64,000 nucleotides of DNA, taken from the human T2T-CHM13v2.0 reference genome, Homo sapiens. The notes beneath the pieces were generated by a model that saw only the letters and a list, made by a program, of their open reading frames with translations, was not told the DNA's origin and did no database searches. The position numbers and the translations under genes are program-made. Every line of letters starts with the position of its first letter. Position 1 is the first letter of the stretch. The stretch is taken from NCBI RefSeq assembly GCF_009914755.1, contig NC_060939.1; one strand, 5' to 3'. This document shows positions 24,713 through 38,594 of this stretch, one piece after another.

Positions 24713-26656
24713 ATCTTTGGATGCATTATCAGATCATCTTCTTCAAGTACCTTAGAAGATTCTCAGTCTCATGTTTCTTGGGCTCTTGACCACTTGCTTT
24801 GCCTTAGCTACCACCTCATATAGTAACAGATTACCAGCAGGTTTGTATGATTCCTCTGCTTGAGATCAATTAGCCATATGTTCAGAATCCCTGGCCTATA
24901 ACAACACTTCTGTGCTTTAAAAACCCCATGCCACAATGACTGTTAAAAGGGCTAGGGGATGTAGTCTGGTAGGTTTGTGAAGTTAACTGTCTGAAAAACT
25001 TGGATCAATGGACTAGAAAAAGCTGCTGGGTAAATTGCTCTTCTTCTGATGGACTGTATAGAGACACTGTTTTTCATCTTGCCTGTCCAGAAGCGTACTC
25101 TGTGGCCAAGCAAGTGTACTTGCCACATGATTGGCAGTGTCTCTTCATGGCTTTTCATGAAACAGCAGCAAGTGCTACACAGTAATTTATCAGTTTGCAT
25201 TTGCCTCCCATTATTGCCAGCCTCACTTCCTTTCTTCCTCGCTCTTACCAGCCTGGATTGTACCTTTAATAAAGTAGTGGATATATTTCCTTTAGGGTCT
25301 CTTTTTCTAGGGAAGTCAGGTGTTTTAGTCTGGATTTAGTTAGAAAAGCAGCATCGTTACAAGTATTACATGAATAAAGAAGTTTAGTAAAGAAATTAAG
25401 GTTTACCCCAATGTGAGAATTACTGGGGTAATAAAGGTCTGGAAGGCTGCAGCAGAAGAGATTTAGAGAAGCAGTGACTAACTAGGTCAGCCGGAGATTC
25501 TCAAAGTACTCATGACTTCATTTGTAGAAACATGTATATCTTAAGCATATCAAGTGTCTCATTCCTCTAATCTTTCTAGGAGCCCTTTGGTTCATCCTGA
25601 AGGTCCCCCTAAATCCCTTCAGAAGTCTTAAAAAGGAGTAAATGGCCACACCTTTTATTTGTTCTTTTCTTTGAGGCCATGTTAATGGCAGTCCCTTGAT
25701 TTGGTCTTTGTACTAGGCTGTTTTTAATGATCACATTTTATTTGATGAGAAACAATTTTATTTTCTAGTTCTGCATATCCTAGGTTATGTATTTCATTTC
25801 AGTTCCATTTCCATACCCATTGCCTTAATTTTGAGCTTGTCTGTTTCTTACATTTCTCATTTTGACAGAATAAGCTGACTGTTATTAAGTACAATAGATA
25901 AGGTACCTAAGAGCCTCGAAACATCACCAAATACCATGAATGCATTAGGTATATTTTTTGTCTTCCATGTTACTGGAAGCATTAATTATAGCAACTTTTT
26001 ATCTCCAAATACTGACAATTAAAAGACCCTAGTGAAAACTTTAACCAAACACTTACTGACCCTACATTGAAGGCCACCAGCCAAAAATCACCACCCATAC
26101 ATAAGAGCCAAACATCACTAGACACTTGGTGAAATCCTTCAAATATAAAAGGGGAAAAGGAGGGGAGAAAATCCAAAGGAAATAGACAAACGGAGAATAA
26201 TGGCAACAAAAAAAAAACTGTCTTCAAAATAAGAGTATATTATATTCACAAAACAAGAATAGGAGAGTGTGAAAAAGAACAAGCAATAAAAAAGATCTCA
26301 GAAATTTAAAAAGTGATTGCTGAAATAAAAATTAAATATAAGAGTTGAAGATAAAATATAGCATAAGAATAGAAAATTCTGAATTCCAAATACCTAAGGC
26401 CAATCTTAGTTAAAAGTTGTAAATGCAACCATAGGCTACATGTTACATTGTATTTAATTAAAAACCTTAAGAGGAAAGGCAATAGAGCTTGTAACAGCTA
26501 TTACCCTTGGTTGTAAAGGAGAAGGTTGGAGATTATTTGTATACCAACTACTTAAGTTTACAAAAAATAATGAGCATTAGGTAGATGGAATGAAAGTCTA
26601 TTCATACACTGTATATTAAGCTCTATATACACTGCATATCATCATCATGACATTGA

Positions 26657-27003
<347 letters not shown>

Positions 27004-27857
27004 TAAATTATTTTTAATTATGACATTTTTTGTATTCCCTTGAGGCACTGACAACTATAGTCTTATTTTATATGTTATAGTGAATCATATTTATCTCATT
27101 ATATATTACAGAATATTTTGTTTGATGGAGAAAATTCACTGACCTGTGCTGTAATGTTTATACCAGCAATTAGCTGATTGATTTACTATGACCTCACTCT
27201 TTATTCAGCAGTTCTGCCACTATTACTAGCTAATCCAACAACGAGGCCTTATTTTGGCTTTCTTTCGAAAGGTCATTTCTGACCCCAGCTTGAAGTTTGT
27301 TTATTTTCACTTGAAGAGATCTCTCAGAAAGTCAAAGAAAATAGGAGGAAAAAAACTTAAGATTAAGGGCCAATCTAAGAGGTCCTTCATTTGAATAATA
27401 GGAGTAACAGAATGGGAAAGGCGTGGAAAAAAATTTGTGATTTCTAAAATTGAGGACATTAAGTCATTAGAGTAAAAAAAAGATGTACATTAAGGCTTAT
27501 CATCAAGGAATTTCAGAACACTGTGGATAGAAAATACTAAAAGATTTCAAACAGAAGAAATAGGTCGTATATCGACCAATAATCAGGATATTAAAGGACT
27601 TCTTAACAACATTGGAAACTAGAAGACATGGGGTGATGCCTTTAGAACTTTAAGTGAAAATAGTTTTCTATTTGGATTCTATTTTTAGTCATGCAATTAA
27701 TCAAGTATGAATATAGTATAAAGACACAGAAGGTCTCAAAGGTATTACCTCCCATATATTCTTGAGATAAAGATGCTTAGGAGAATACTGAAGATGTTTT
27801 CCAGTAAAACGGAGAAGGAAACCAAAAACCAAAAAAGAGAGCATTAAGAAGTCAGCA

Positions 27858-28164
27858 GGCCAGGCGCGGTGGCTCACGCCTCTAATCCCAGCACTTTAGG
27901 AGGCCAAGGCAGGTGGATCGCCTGAGGTCTGGAGTTTAAGACCAGCCTGGCTAACATGGCGAAACTCTGTCTCTACTAAAAATACAAAAATTAGTCGGGT
28001 GTGATGGCATGTGTCTGTAATCCCAGCTACTCGGGAGGCTGAAGCAGGAGAATCACTTAGAACCTGGGAGGCAGAAGTTGTAGTGAGCCGAGATGGTGCC
28101 ATTGCACTCCAGCCTGGGTGACAGAGTGAGACTCCGTCTCAAAAAAAATAAATAAAAAAATAAA
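27858..28164 (+). mobile_element. AluS
   Basis: Sense dimer with A tail; TSD aagtcagca (27849-27857, 28165-28173). Confidence 0.93.
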
Positions 28165-28196
28165 AAGTCAGCAAAGGGAAGTTTCAGGGTTTCAGG

Positions 28197-28925
28197 ATTC
28201 ATTCATCCATTCTAAAAAATTTTGAGTGCATACTATGTGTCAAATTATTGTCTAGGTGATGGCTATAGCATGCCGAGGTAGTAAGTGCTAAGAAGAAAAT
28301 AAAGCAGAGTAAGGAACTGATAGTGACTGGTGCAGGAAAGGGGTGCCAGTTTAAATAGCATGGTCAGATGGAAAAGCCTGTGATAAGGTAAAATTGAGCA
28401 GAGACCTAAATGAGAGAGAGTGAACCATGCGAATAATTAAGTGAATAATGTTTTAATTATAGGGAACAATATGTGTGTGTCTATATATATATATACACAC
28501 AAAGGTACTGAGGCAGCAGTATACTTGGCATGTTTGAGGAATAACAAGGACACTAGTTTGGAACAGTGTGTGGGAGGGAAAAAATGATAGAAGATGACAT
28601 CATAGGGAGTAATGGTGTGGAGCCATGGTAAGATGTTAAGATTTTACTCTGAGTGATGAGATAGGAAGCCATCAGAGAATTTAAGCAAATGAGTGACAGG
28701 ATCTGACTTATATTTTTAAAGGATTATTTGGCTTCTTTATGAAAAATAGACTGCAAGAGAGTAAGAAATAAAATAGGAAGATCAATTAGAATGCTATTTC
28801 AGTAGTCCATTTGAGAGATGATATTTGCCTGGACAAGGGTTGTGATCATGGGCGAGTGGTACAGAATGACAAGATCCTGCATGTATTTTTAAGGTAGAGC
28901 CAGTATTTGCAGATAGTTTAGACAT
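28197..28925 (-). mobile_element. L2 fragment
   Basis: attcattcatccatt...tgagtgcatactatgtg (L2 3' end), ttgagcagagacctaaatga, gacaggatctgactta. Confidence 0.75.
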
Positions 28926-31345
28926 TGTGGTAGATATGAAAATGTGCTGCCTATATCCCCCTTCTAGGAAGGACTTGCTAATTAGCTGCAGGGAGTGTGA
29001 AGAACAGAAATCCACCAGTATCAGCACTTCATCTGCAACAGCTATAGAAAAAGCTTCACCTGAGGTTACCCTCGTCTTAGATCTCAGGGCAGCCCTCAGT
29101 GGAGATGTAAGGCCTTGCTACTTCAGCCTCATTTATTACACTGTCAGGCAAAACCTTCCTCAGAGCTCCCTCTATTACAACTTAATTTCTTCTTCTGCCC
29201 AATCCTGCTTCCTCCCCTTCCCCTGAAAGGTGACACTTTCTAATAAACATCTTACACCCCAAACTCCATCTCAGCATTCCTCTTTAGAGGACTCGACCTG
29301 TGGTAATTGTTAGTAGGAGTGATCTGAGCTGCCAATGAGAATCCCATCACATGTGGCACATGGAACAAAAGCCCATGGCTCAAGGTGGTAACTTTTATTA
29401 GTGGTAAAATGAGAAGATTTACCCACGGAAGAGAATGTGCCAGCAAGTGCAGTATATCAGGTATTTGAGACTCATGAAGGAAATAGTAAATTTAAGAATA
29501 ACAGAATTGAATGGCCAAGTGCCACTAATGCTCTGTAGAAAGAGGGCTTCTTTGGTTGCATACAAATCTCATCTAGAATTTAATAGTCCAAGTAGCCAAA
29601 CTGGTATTTGTCCTTAAGAATAAATACTGGAAGATCAAGCACAGAAAGTCTAGAATAGAGGCATGTGAATGGACATACTTGTGTCAAGTATGTACATGAA
29701 CTGTGAAGGTCTCTGTATTACGTGCAGTGCCCACCAGAGAGCATTCAGTACTGAAGAGTCTCTAAACAATAAAGCAAACTAAACACATTGCCTAGTTGAC
29801 GTCATCCTTCCTGCTTCAGTTATTCGCCACCCAGTGCTAGCACAGTGGGCACATGAATGGAATGTCCACTGTGGAAAGGATGAAGACTAAGCATAGGGTT
29901 CAGTAGCTTGAGTTTCAACTTACCAAGGCTGCCTTAGCTGCTGCTGCTGTTGAATGTCCAACCTACAAGCAACACAGACAATACTGCACCCCTGATATAA
30001 TACCATTCTTCAATATCAAGTTGGTTACATTGGGCCCCTTCCACACTGGAAGGACCAGCATTTCCTTGTCATAGAAATAGACACAATTTCCAGATAGGAG
30101 TTTGCTTTTCCTCTTTGCAGAGCCTCAGTCAGTATCACCATTTGAGTTTACTTAGTATTGTATTGACCAGCATGCGATCTCACATTATATCATATCAGAT
30201 CCGGAAACCTATTTTATGGAAAACCAAGCGCAGGAGTGGACCCATATCCACAGGATCCACTAATAATATCACTTTTTTCACCACTTGGAATTTGTCAGCT
30301 TGATAGAACATTGGAACAACCTGCTGAAGGTACAGCTGAACACCAGCTCATAGGCAAATTCTACAAGGATAGGATGCCATACTCCAAGATACAGAGTATG
30401 TACTGGATCAATTATCCTTATATAGCATGTGCCCCAATATGAAGAATAAATGGGTCTTGGAACCCATTTATTCCTAGGGGTAGATGCAAAGAGAGTAGAA
30501 GAAGAGGTGCCTCCCCTCCGTGCCATCACTTTTAATGACCCATATGGTACTTTGCACCTCTTCATAACTCTGAACTCTGCAGTGAGAGGTCTTGGTCCCA
30601 CAAGGGGACACAGTTTTGCTGAGAGATATATAAAAAATCTCACTGAAAAACATAAGCTGCAGCAGCTACCTGGATACTTTCGGTTCCTTGTGTCTGTCTA
30701 GGGAGCAGCAGCCAATAAAAGGAGTCAAGATCAGTTGACCCTAATCAAGAGGAGATTGGAATCCTGGTTACACAATCTGGGCAGAAGTAATAAATGTGGT
30801 GCCCAAGTGATAAACCTACCAAATTGAGACTAATGTGTAGGTGTGGCAACCCATCCTCAAAAGGGCATGATGGCCTGGAACTCAGGCCTCTCAAGGAATG
30901 TGGGTCTGAATTATACCAGATAAACCACCAGGAGCAGCAGAGGTGGTAGCAGAGGCTGAGGGAAATCTAGAATTGATAGTGGAGGATGAGGGGATGTGAC
31001 AAGTATTGATGGCATTCCCAAGCCCCACTGCAGCAGCAAGCACTGTAATTTGTCCCACTAATCTCCCATCTTCTAAATTTCTGAGAGGTCAAGAAAAGAG
31101 GTCTCTTGATTCCTTTAGGAACTGCTCCCTAAGCATACAGGGAGACATAGATCTATGTGGAGCAAAGGGTGGATTGTAATAAGCAAAGAGATACACTGCC
31201 TGATTCACTTTAAGAAAGGACTGACCTCCCAGTTGCAAGGAATGAGGTCAGCAGCCTCCAACTGTCAGCTCCTTCAGAGTCTGCTTCAACTGCAGAAGGA
31301 CACTGTGCTTGAGGTCATACCCTTCCCATGTCTGGTGACTGAAGT
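28926..31345 (+). mobile_element. Deleted ERVL provirus (LTR16-like LTRs with internal pol/dUTPase remnants)
   Basis: 5' LTR about 28926-29305 with AATAAA at 29242. Decayed RNase H (SAHQRAFSTEESLNN, 29726), integrase (PVLAQWAHE, 29831; QVGYIGPLPHWKDQHFLVIEIDT, 30017) and dUTPase-like KLQQLPGYFRFLV. Purine tract then TG starts a partial 3' LTR at 31175. Confidence 0.75.
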
Positions 31346-31439
31346 CCAGCTGAATGTAGCTGCCAAAGTTACCTTAATGCCCATGGGAAGCAAAAAATCA
31401 AAGAGTTTAAACAGAATTTTGAGAAATCCCAAATCAGTT

Positions 31440-33742
31440 TTTTTTCAGCATATGACATTTTGGAGTAGTTTGTTATTCAGCAATAGATAACAGAAATTGG
31501 TATCAGGAGTGGGGTGTTACCATAACAAAAGGTTAAACCTTACATGGTAAAAAGGACTTTGCCTCTGTCATTAAGTTAAGCACTTTGAAATGTAGAGATT
31601 ATCCTGAATTATCTAGGTAGGCTCAATATAAGCATGAGTCCTTAAAAGTGGAAGACGGATACATGAGAGGATGTCAGAATGATGTGAAATGAGAAGAACT
31701 CAACCTGCTATTGTTGGCTTTACAGGTGAGTGATAGGAACCACAAGCCCCAAGCAGCCTCTGGAAGCTGGAAAAAGCAAAGAAACAGATTCTTTCCAGAG
31801 TGTCCAGAAAGGAATGCAGTTCAGCTAACATCTTGATTTTAGATCAGTGAGATTTTTGTGTTGGACTTCTACAGAACTATATAAGAATAAATTGTGTTGC
31901 TTAAGCACACTATAATACATGTGGCAAGAAGCTGCCAGCTAAGCCTTGAAGAATAGTGAACAAACTCTTACTGGAGGATGGGAAGGCAGTAAATAAATTA
32001 TTGAATTATTGAAATAAATGGAGGATTGAGTTATGCATTGACAGAATGCTTAGCAATAATTTTGCTTGTCTTAATGTGGAACAGAAAATGAAACTTAATA
32101 GCTTGTAGATGTCTTAAGGAGATTTCCAGGTGAATGTTGAAAGTACTGATGAACTTATTATGGCTGCATCTCATAATGTACAGGAAGACATTTACTGAGT
32201 GAACTAAAGAAGGAACTGTTCAATTTGAAAGCAGAATTTAGAGGAAATTTTTCAACCTAGTACTTGTCATTTTTTTATAGAAAAGGAAAAATAGATGGAA
32301 GATGGAGCCAAAATCCCAGAGGGAGGAGCCAAGAAGCAAGGAGAGCAATGGATTAGGAAACCACTACCAGAGGGATGAACTGAACCACAATCAAGGAATA
32401 GCCTCTTCCTTTGGTGTAGGGGGACCCTGAAAACAATTTAATTTTATGCTTCCTGTTTCCTTGTCTCCTTTTTTGAATGATAGTCTCTGTGTGGTGTTCC
32501 TATCCTAGAAAACCTTAACTGGGACAAGCTACTCTCAAGCATCTTCACTTGAGAAACAGTAACTGAGGAAGTTTATTGTATCTGGACATGGTTTAGATGA
32601 TAAGATTCTGAACTTAAACTTATGCCATAATGGAGTGAGACTCTTAGGGTACAGAGTAAGTACATTTTTGCATGTTAGTGAGACAAGAACTGTGGCCGGG
32701 GGCAGACTGTGATAGTTTTTGAAGATGTCCCTCAAACAATTCCTTCCCTTCCTTGGACTCCTCTCTTCAGAGGGTAGAGTCCATTTCCTTTTCCTTTTAA
32801 TCTGGATTGGCCTTCTAACTCACTTTGACCAATAAAATGTGGTAAAAGTAAGGTCTGGCAGTTTTCACTTTCACTCTCCTGAACCTTCATATTAGAATTC
32901 CAGGATATCCTTCTAGAGATATCCATATCTCTAGGGACATGGTGAGTCCCTAGAGACACCACATGGAAAGGCCACCTAGGGAAGAACTGAGATGCCCCAG
33001 TCAATAGCACTGCCTTAGTCAGTTTGGGCTAGTATAACAGAAATATCATAGATTGAGTGACTTTTTTTCTTTAAAAAAATGAGATTGTGGAACCTGAAAA
33101 TACAGTGTAGTAAGAGTGGAGAGAAAGGCCACCTAAGGAAGAACTGAGACGTCCCAGTCAATAGCACTGCCTTAGTCAGTTGGAGCTACTGTAACAAAAA
33201 ATATCATAGATTGAGTGACTTAAACAACAGAAATTTATATCTTACATTTCTGGAGACTGAAAATATGGAAATCCAAGATCAGAGTTTCAGCATGGTTAGG
33301 TGTTTAGTGGGCGCTCCCTTCCTGGTTTGCAGACAGCCATCTTCCTGCTATATCCTCACATGATGCAGAGAGAGAGAACTCTGGTATCTTTGTCCCCTTA
33401 TAAGGGCACCAATCTCATCATGGAGGGTCTTCAACCTCATGGCTTCTTGGAACCAAATTACTTCCCAAAGTCCTCACCTCCAAATCTAGCACATTGAGGT
33501 TTAGGGCTTCAACATATGAATTTCAGTGCATAGAAAGCACCAAGTCCTCAGACAAAGAGAACTTGAACCTTCTAACTCAGCTTAGCCATTATCTGCATGC
33601 AACCACATAAGTGACCCTGGGTAACACCATCTGGAGCTGAAGAACCACCAGCCAGTACACAGAAATGAGAAATTTTAAAATGGTTGATTTAGGTAATTAA
33701 GTTTTGGGGTGGTTTATTACATAGCAATTGATAACTGATACA
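31440..33742 (+). mobile_element. Nested MaLR cluster: MLT1 internal and LTRs, an MLT1D-like LTR (about 31535-31910) and an antisense MLT1A-like LTR (33168-33535)
   Basis: LTR-end/internal junction cagcaatagataacagaaattggtatcaggagtggggtg; PPT-like ggccgggggcagac|TG at 32708; 5-bp TSD agcac at 33163-33167 and 33536-33540; end catagcaattgataactgataca. Confidence 0.7.
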
Positions 33743-34610
33743 ACAGTCTTTTCGTTAGTAGAAGAGGGGGTAAGAAAGAAAGACTTATGAAGAAAAGACC
33801 TGTAGAAAATCGGGCCTACGTACCTCTATTTTTTTTTCATACTGCCGTGTTTTTTTTAGTCCATGCTGGTGGTATCCTCATCAATGCAATTTTCTTTAAA
33901 ACTCTGTGAGCCTTTATATCAGATTAGTCCACCCCATTAGAACAAAAGCAACTTCTATAAATATTGAGACATTCCCTTTCTACCTTTGGCTAAGAATTGG
34001 GGTGCTATAGATAATTCCCAAAAGATTATCTAGCCTACAGGGCCGATGAGGTATAGCTTGAAGTCATTCTAAAGTCTTCACAAAGGATCTTACAGCCTTT
34101 GATTTTATTATCACTCTGGGACCACGTTTTACTGTTGGCACGTTCGGCTTTTCTCATCTTTTCCCTGAGATCATTTATGATGTGGAAATTACTTTGCTGG
34201 CTGAAGTTGGGAATAGAAAACAGTAGAGAATACTTCAAGAGTATTCTAGGTATGCACTAAGTTTATGGGAAGATATGCCATCTACATAATTTACCTTCCT
34301 CTCTAGGCCCATCATAAAAATCTTTGAAAAATTAATACTACATTTTAGTATGAATATAAGTTAAACTTAGAGGTGATATCTATTTTGTGGTTAAATGTGT
34401 TATAAACATTTATTTAGTGAAATACAGTACAATTACAACAAGCATCAATGAATATTTAATGAGCAGCTGTTAATTTCTGAAGCAGAAAGAAAGATGAATA
34501 AAAGTTCTGGTTTTACTTTTAAAAGTGAAGGCTAACTGTTAGCTCAAGAAATACTTTATGTTTGTCCTATATGAAAGTGTTGATTGCACCTGGTTCTTTG
34601 CTGTAAATTA

Positions 34611-34616
34611 AATAAA
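34611..34616 (+). terminator. Distal polyadenylation signal candidate (end of an extended DTWD1 3'UTR)
   Basis: AATAAA with TGTA just upstream and a T-rich stretch downstream, in non-repeat AU-rich sequence. A second AATAAA lies at 34497. Confidence 0.5.
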
Positions 34617-35151
34617 AATTCAAATATTTGTAAAAGAATATTTCTTTCTTTAACCTCGAACACTAAGACCTTAATGTTTATAATTTTATTATCAATGTCA
34701 ACTTTTAAAAACAAACATACATATTTGGCAATGCTGCAAATAGAATCTAAATTATTGAATCAATTTTTCTAATTGTTGATTATTATTTATTTTTTAATTG
34801 ATGATATATTTTGAAATTTTATAACCACCCTGATTCTGAAAAATTAGTTTGTTGCCTTCAAGGATTCTTAGGTCCAAGTAAAATGGATTCTAAAACAAAA
34901 ATTAAAGGAAATCTAGATTGATTATATTCTCGGAGATTACCTAATATTCTTATCATTTATTATAGAGGATTTTTTCACAGTCACAGTGATATATATTCCT
35001 GTCTCTTTTTGTATTATTAAATATTTGCTATTGTAACATTTTTTTCCCTTCCAGTTTCTCAAGCAAATATTTCACAAATATTTTAGGCAACTCTAGAGAA
35101 ATTTTTAATACTTCAATGCACAATACATTCTGATTTTCATGCACTTTGTCC

Positions 35152-35355
35152 AGAGGGAAGGGAAGAAGGAAAGAAAGAAAGGAAGAAGGGAAGAAAAAAA
35201 GAAGGGAGGGAGGAAGGAAGGGAGGGAAATGGAAGGGAAGGAGAAGGCAAGAAGGGAAGAAAGCAGGGAGGGAGATAAAAGGGAATGAAAGAAGGGAGCG
35301 AGGGAGTGAGAAATGGAGGAAGGAAGGGAAAGGAGGGAGGGAAGGAGAGAGGAAG
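35152..35355. repeat. GA-rich low-complexity polypurine tract
   Basis: 78 uninterrupted purines (35152-35229) within about 200 bp of GGAA/GGGA repeats. Confidence 0.92.
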
Positions 35356-36004
35356 CAAATACCCTGGCTGAACCAAGTGGCCTAATGTTTTGTAATCTTA
35401 GGGAAAATAATTTCTTTTTTTTCTTCCAAGACACATTTCCCTGAAAACATGTTGTTTGTATTTAAAAGACAGAAGTCTTTGTTATTTTTGGAAACTATTT
35501 TTGAAAGTTAAAAATGTTTTCCAAATTTAAGCTTGGACACCTCAGTTTATTTGAACAATGGGAATTAAGAAGCTATTCCAAAAGTAAATTAAGATGAAAT
35601 CAATGCACAGAGATATTTAAAGCTGGAAGATGGCATCTTCAGAAATCTAGGCTATCCTGCTGGAGAGAAGGACTATGTGGCAAGTCCCTGGAGACACTAC
35701 AAGGAAAGAAAGGCCACATAGGAAAGAGAAGGAATAATTGAAGTACTCCAGTCATTAACACCAAGGAAAGAAGGGAAATAACTGAAGTACCCCAGTCAAC
35801 ACCAAGGCCCCAGCCAGGTAAGAGAAGCCTTCATGAACTTGCTCGTTCAGCTTAGCTAACAGGTGAACTCAGCCATAAGAGCAACCCCAGCTAACATCAC
35901 TTGAAGCAACTATTGAAAATAGTTAATCTGAATAACACATAAGCACCATATCAAGAAACCAGGTAGTTGACTGATTTTTTTCATTATCTAGTCATTAATT
36001 CTAT

Positions 36005-37010
36005 TATATGCTGTCAGTTTGTTGCATATGGCCTTTATTATATTGAGGTTCACTTCTTCTATACCTTAATTTGTTGAGAGCTTTGTTATGAAAGGATGTT
36101 GAATTTTGTCAAACGCATTTTCTATATCTGTTGAGATGATCATGTTTTTTGTCCTTCATTTTGCTAATGTGGTGTATCACATTTACAGATTTGCATTTGT
36201 TGAATGATCCTTGTATCCCTCAGATAAATCCCACTTGGTCATGGTGAATGACCCTTTTAGTTGAATTTGGTTTGCTAGTATTTCGTTGAGGATTTTTGCA
36301 TCTGTGTTCATCAGGGATATCAGCCTGTAGTTTCTTTTTTCTTGTAGTGCTCTTGTCTGGCTTTGGAAGTATTCACTGTTCTTCAAATTTTTGAGGAGTT
36401 TGAGAAGGACTCGTATTAGTTCTTCTTTTAATATTTGGTAGAATTCAGCAGTGAAGCCAACAGGTCCTCGGCTTTTCCCTGATGGGTGACTTTTTATTAT
36501 TGATTCAATCTCCTAATGTGTTACTGGTCTGTTTGGATTTTCTATTTCTTCATGATTCAGTCTTGGAAGGTTGTGTGTGTCCAGGAATTTATCCATTTCT
36601 TGTAGGTAATTCAAATCATTGGCATATAATTGTTCACGGTAGCCTTCTTGTATGATACTTTGTTTCTGTAGGATCAGTTGTAATGTCTCTTCTTTTGTTT
36701 CTGATTTTTCTTATTTGAGTCTTCTCTCTTTTTTTCTTAGTTGAGCTAAAGATATGTCCATTTTGTTTATCTTTATAAAAACCAACTTTTGGTTTCATTG
36801 ATCATCTTTATTGTTTTTATAATCTATATTTCATTTATTTCTGCTCTGATTTTTATTATTTCCTTCTTTCCGCTAACCTTGGGCTTTGTTCTTATTTCTC
36901 TAGTACTTGAGGTGTAACTTTAGGTTGTTTGTTTCAGATCTAGCTTCTTTTTGATGTAAATGTTTATTGATTTAAACTTCCATCTTAGAAACACTTCTGC
37001 TGCATCCATA
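36005..37010 (-). mobile_element. L1 ORF2 fragment (decayed)
   Basis: Minus ORF 36183-36386 [24 protein letters not shown] matches L1 ORF2 [21 protein letters not shown]. Confidence 0.85.
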
Positions 37011-37304
37011 TTTGTAGTCTAATTTTCCAGTCCATGCTAGAATAATGACAAACTCCATTTTCTTTTGATCTAGGAATATAGTGCAATCAATCTTTTTTTT
37101 TCAGTAAATCTTTTGTATTCCTATCAGTCTTCTGATTTTAGGTTATTGGCCAAATAAGTATTTTGGTAGTTATAAAAATTTTTGCTTTGACTACAATTTT
37201 AATACATAAAGTAATGGTTCTTTCTATGTCAAGAGATGAGCCAGTCATATATTTAGAAGTTTTTTAAAGCTCTTAGCTTACTTTTAAAAAATTTATATAT
37301 TTAG

Positions 37305-37653
37305 GGTTAGGCACAGTGGTTCACACCTGTAATTCCAGCACTGTGGGAGGCCAAAGTGGGCAGATCACTTGACGCCAGGAGTTCGAGACCAGCCTGGCCA
37401 ACATAGAGAAACCCTCTACTAAAAATACAAAAATTAGCCAGGCATGGTGGTGCATGACTGTAATCCCAGCTACTCAGCAGTCTGAGGCATGAGAATCGCT
37501 TGAACTTGGGAGGTGGAGGTTTCAGTGAGCCAAGATCACACCACTGCACTCCAGCCTAGGCAACAGAGCGAGACTCTGTCTAAAAAGAAAAGAAAAGGAA
37601 AGAAGAGGGGAGGGGAGGGGAGAAAGAAATGAGTAAAGCAAAGCAAAGACAAC
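37305..37653 (+). mobile_element. AluS with a long purine-microsatellite tail
   Basis: Dimer; 16-bp TSD aaatttatatatttag (37289-37304, 37654-37669). Confidence 0.92.
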
Positions 37654-37896
37654 AAATTTATATATTTAGAGCCCGTTTGTCTGTTTGAATAGTTAGATAA
37701 AAATAGTTTCATTACTGAATGCTTTAAAATGAAGGCTATGTTTCCCTTTTGGTGTCTCAAATAAACTTTCCCACTTCACCCACTAACATAGAACATTGCT
37801 CCAGCTATTAAAAAACTACAGTTTAGGAATGTAATAATGCAACAAACTAAAATTAATCACAAATAACCTGTATGTATTGACTTCACCAAAGAGGTA

Positions 37897-37943
37897 TCTT
37901 GTCTGACTAGACACCTCTTGTCTGACTAGATACCACTTGTCTG
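37897..37943. repeat. 19-bp tandem repeat, about 2.5 copies
   Basis: tcttgtctgactagacacc / tcttgtctgactagatacc / acttgtctg. Confidence 0.85.
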
Positions 37944-38594
37944 TGATTTTCATTCTAAAATTAGGGTTGGAAATAGGTGTATAATACTAATTTGGGGGGA
38001 CCTGGTTACTAATTTGGAGACTGCCATTTTCAGAAATGTTAGTCTTGAGATTTGTCCCTCTACATTTGCATCGAAAGGTGAATAAGTTCAGTGTAATTAA
38101 GGTCACTAAGATTATGCAGATATAATTTTTAATTTTTAATGATAAATGTTAATTAACCCAAGTGTACAGAGCGTGTAACATATCACAGAGGTACATGAAG
38201 CTAACATTTTCGTAGAAGTTTATCTTACAAGAAGGATATAATACCAATTTCAATACCACAGGTAAAGGGAATTCAATCAAAATTAAGGTAGATTATTCAA
38301 TATAATGTTTTAAGCCTGTTTGGCTGCTTCTAGCTATACAGCTTATTCTACACTGCTATTGTCCATGAATAATTGTTATACTGTCAAGGATATCAGACCA
38401 TGTTAATAATACCTAGAAGAACATATCTTGAAATGTAAGTGTATTGAAAAACAAAAATAGAATACACTTGAAAGTCCAATTGCATACTTACTCATTCAAT
38501 AAATATTTATTGAGCATCCACTACATGCCAGATATATCTATCTTGCTTGTGACTGTTTTAAAATTTTTTTATTTCCAAATGTTCATTGCTAGTA

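Noticed and set aside
35105-35434. Ser/Leu/Phe-rich and Gly/Arg/Lys-rich ORFs
   Set aside because: Artefacts of the GA low-complexity tract.
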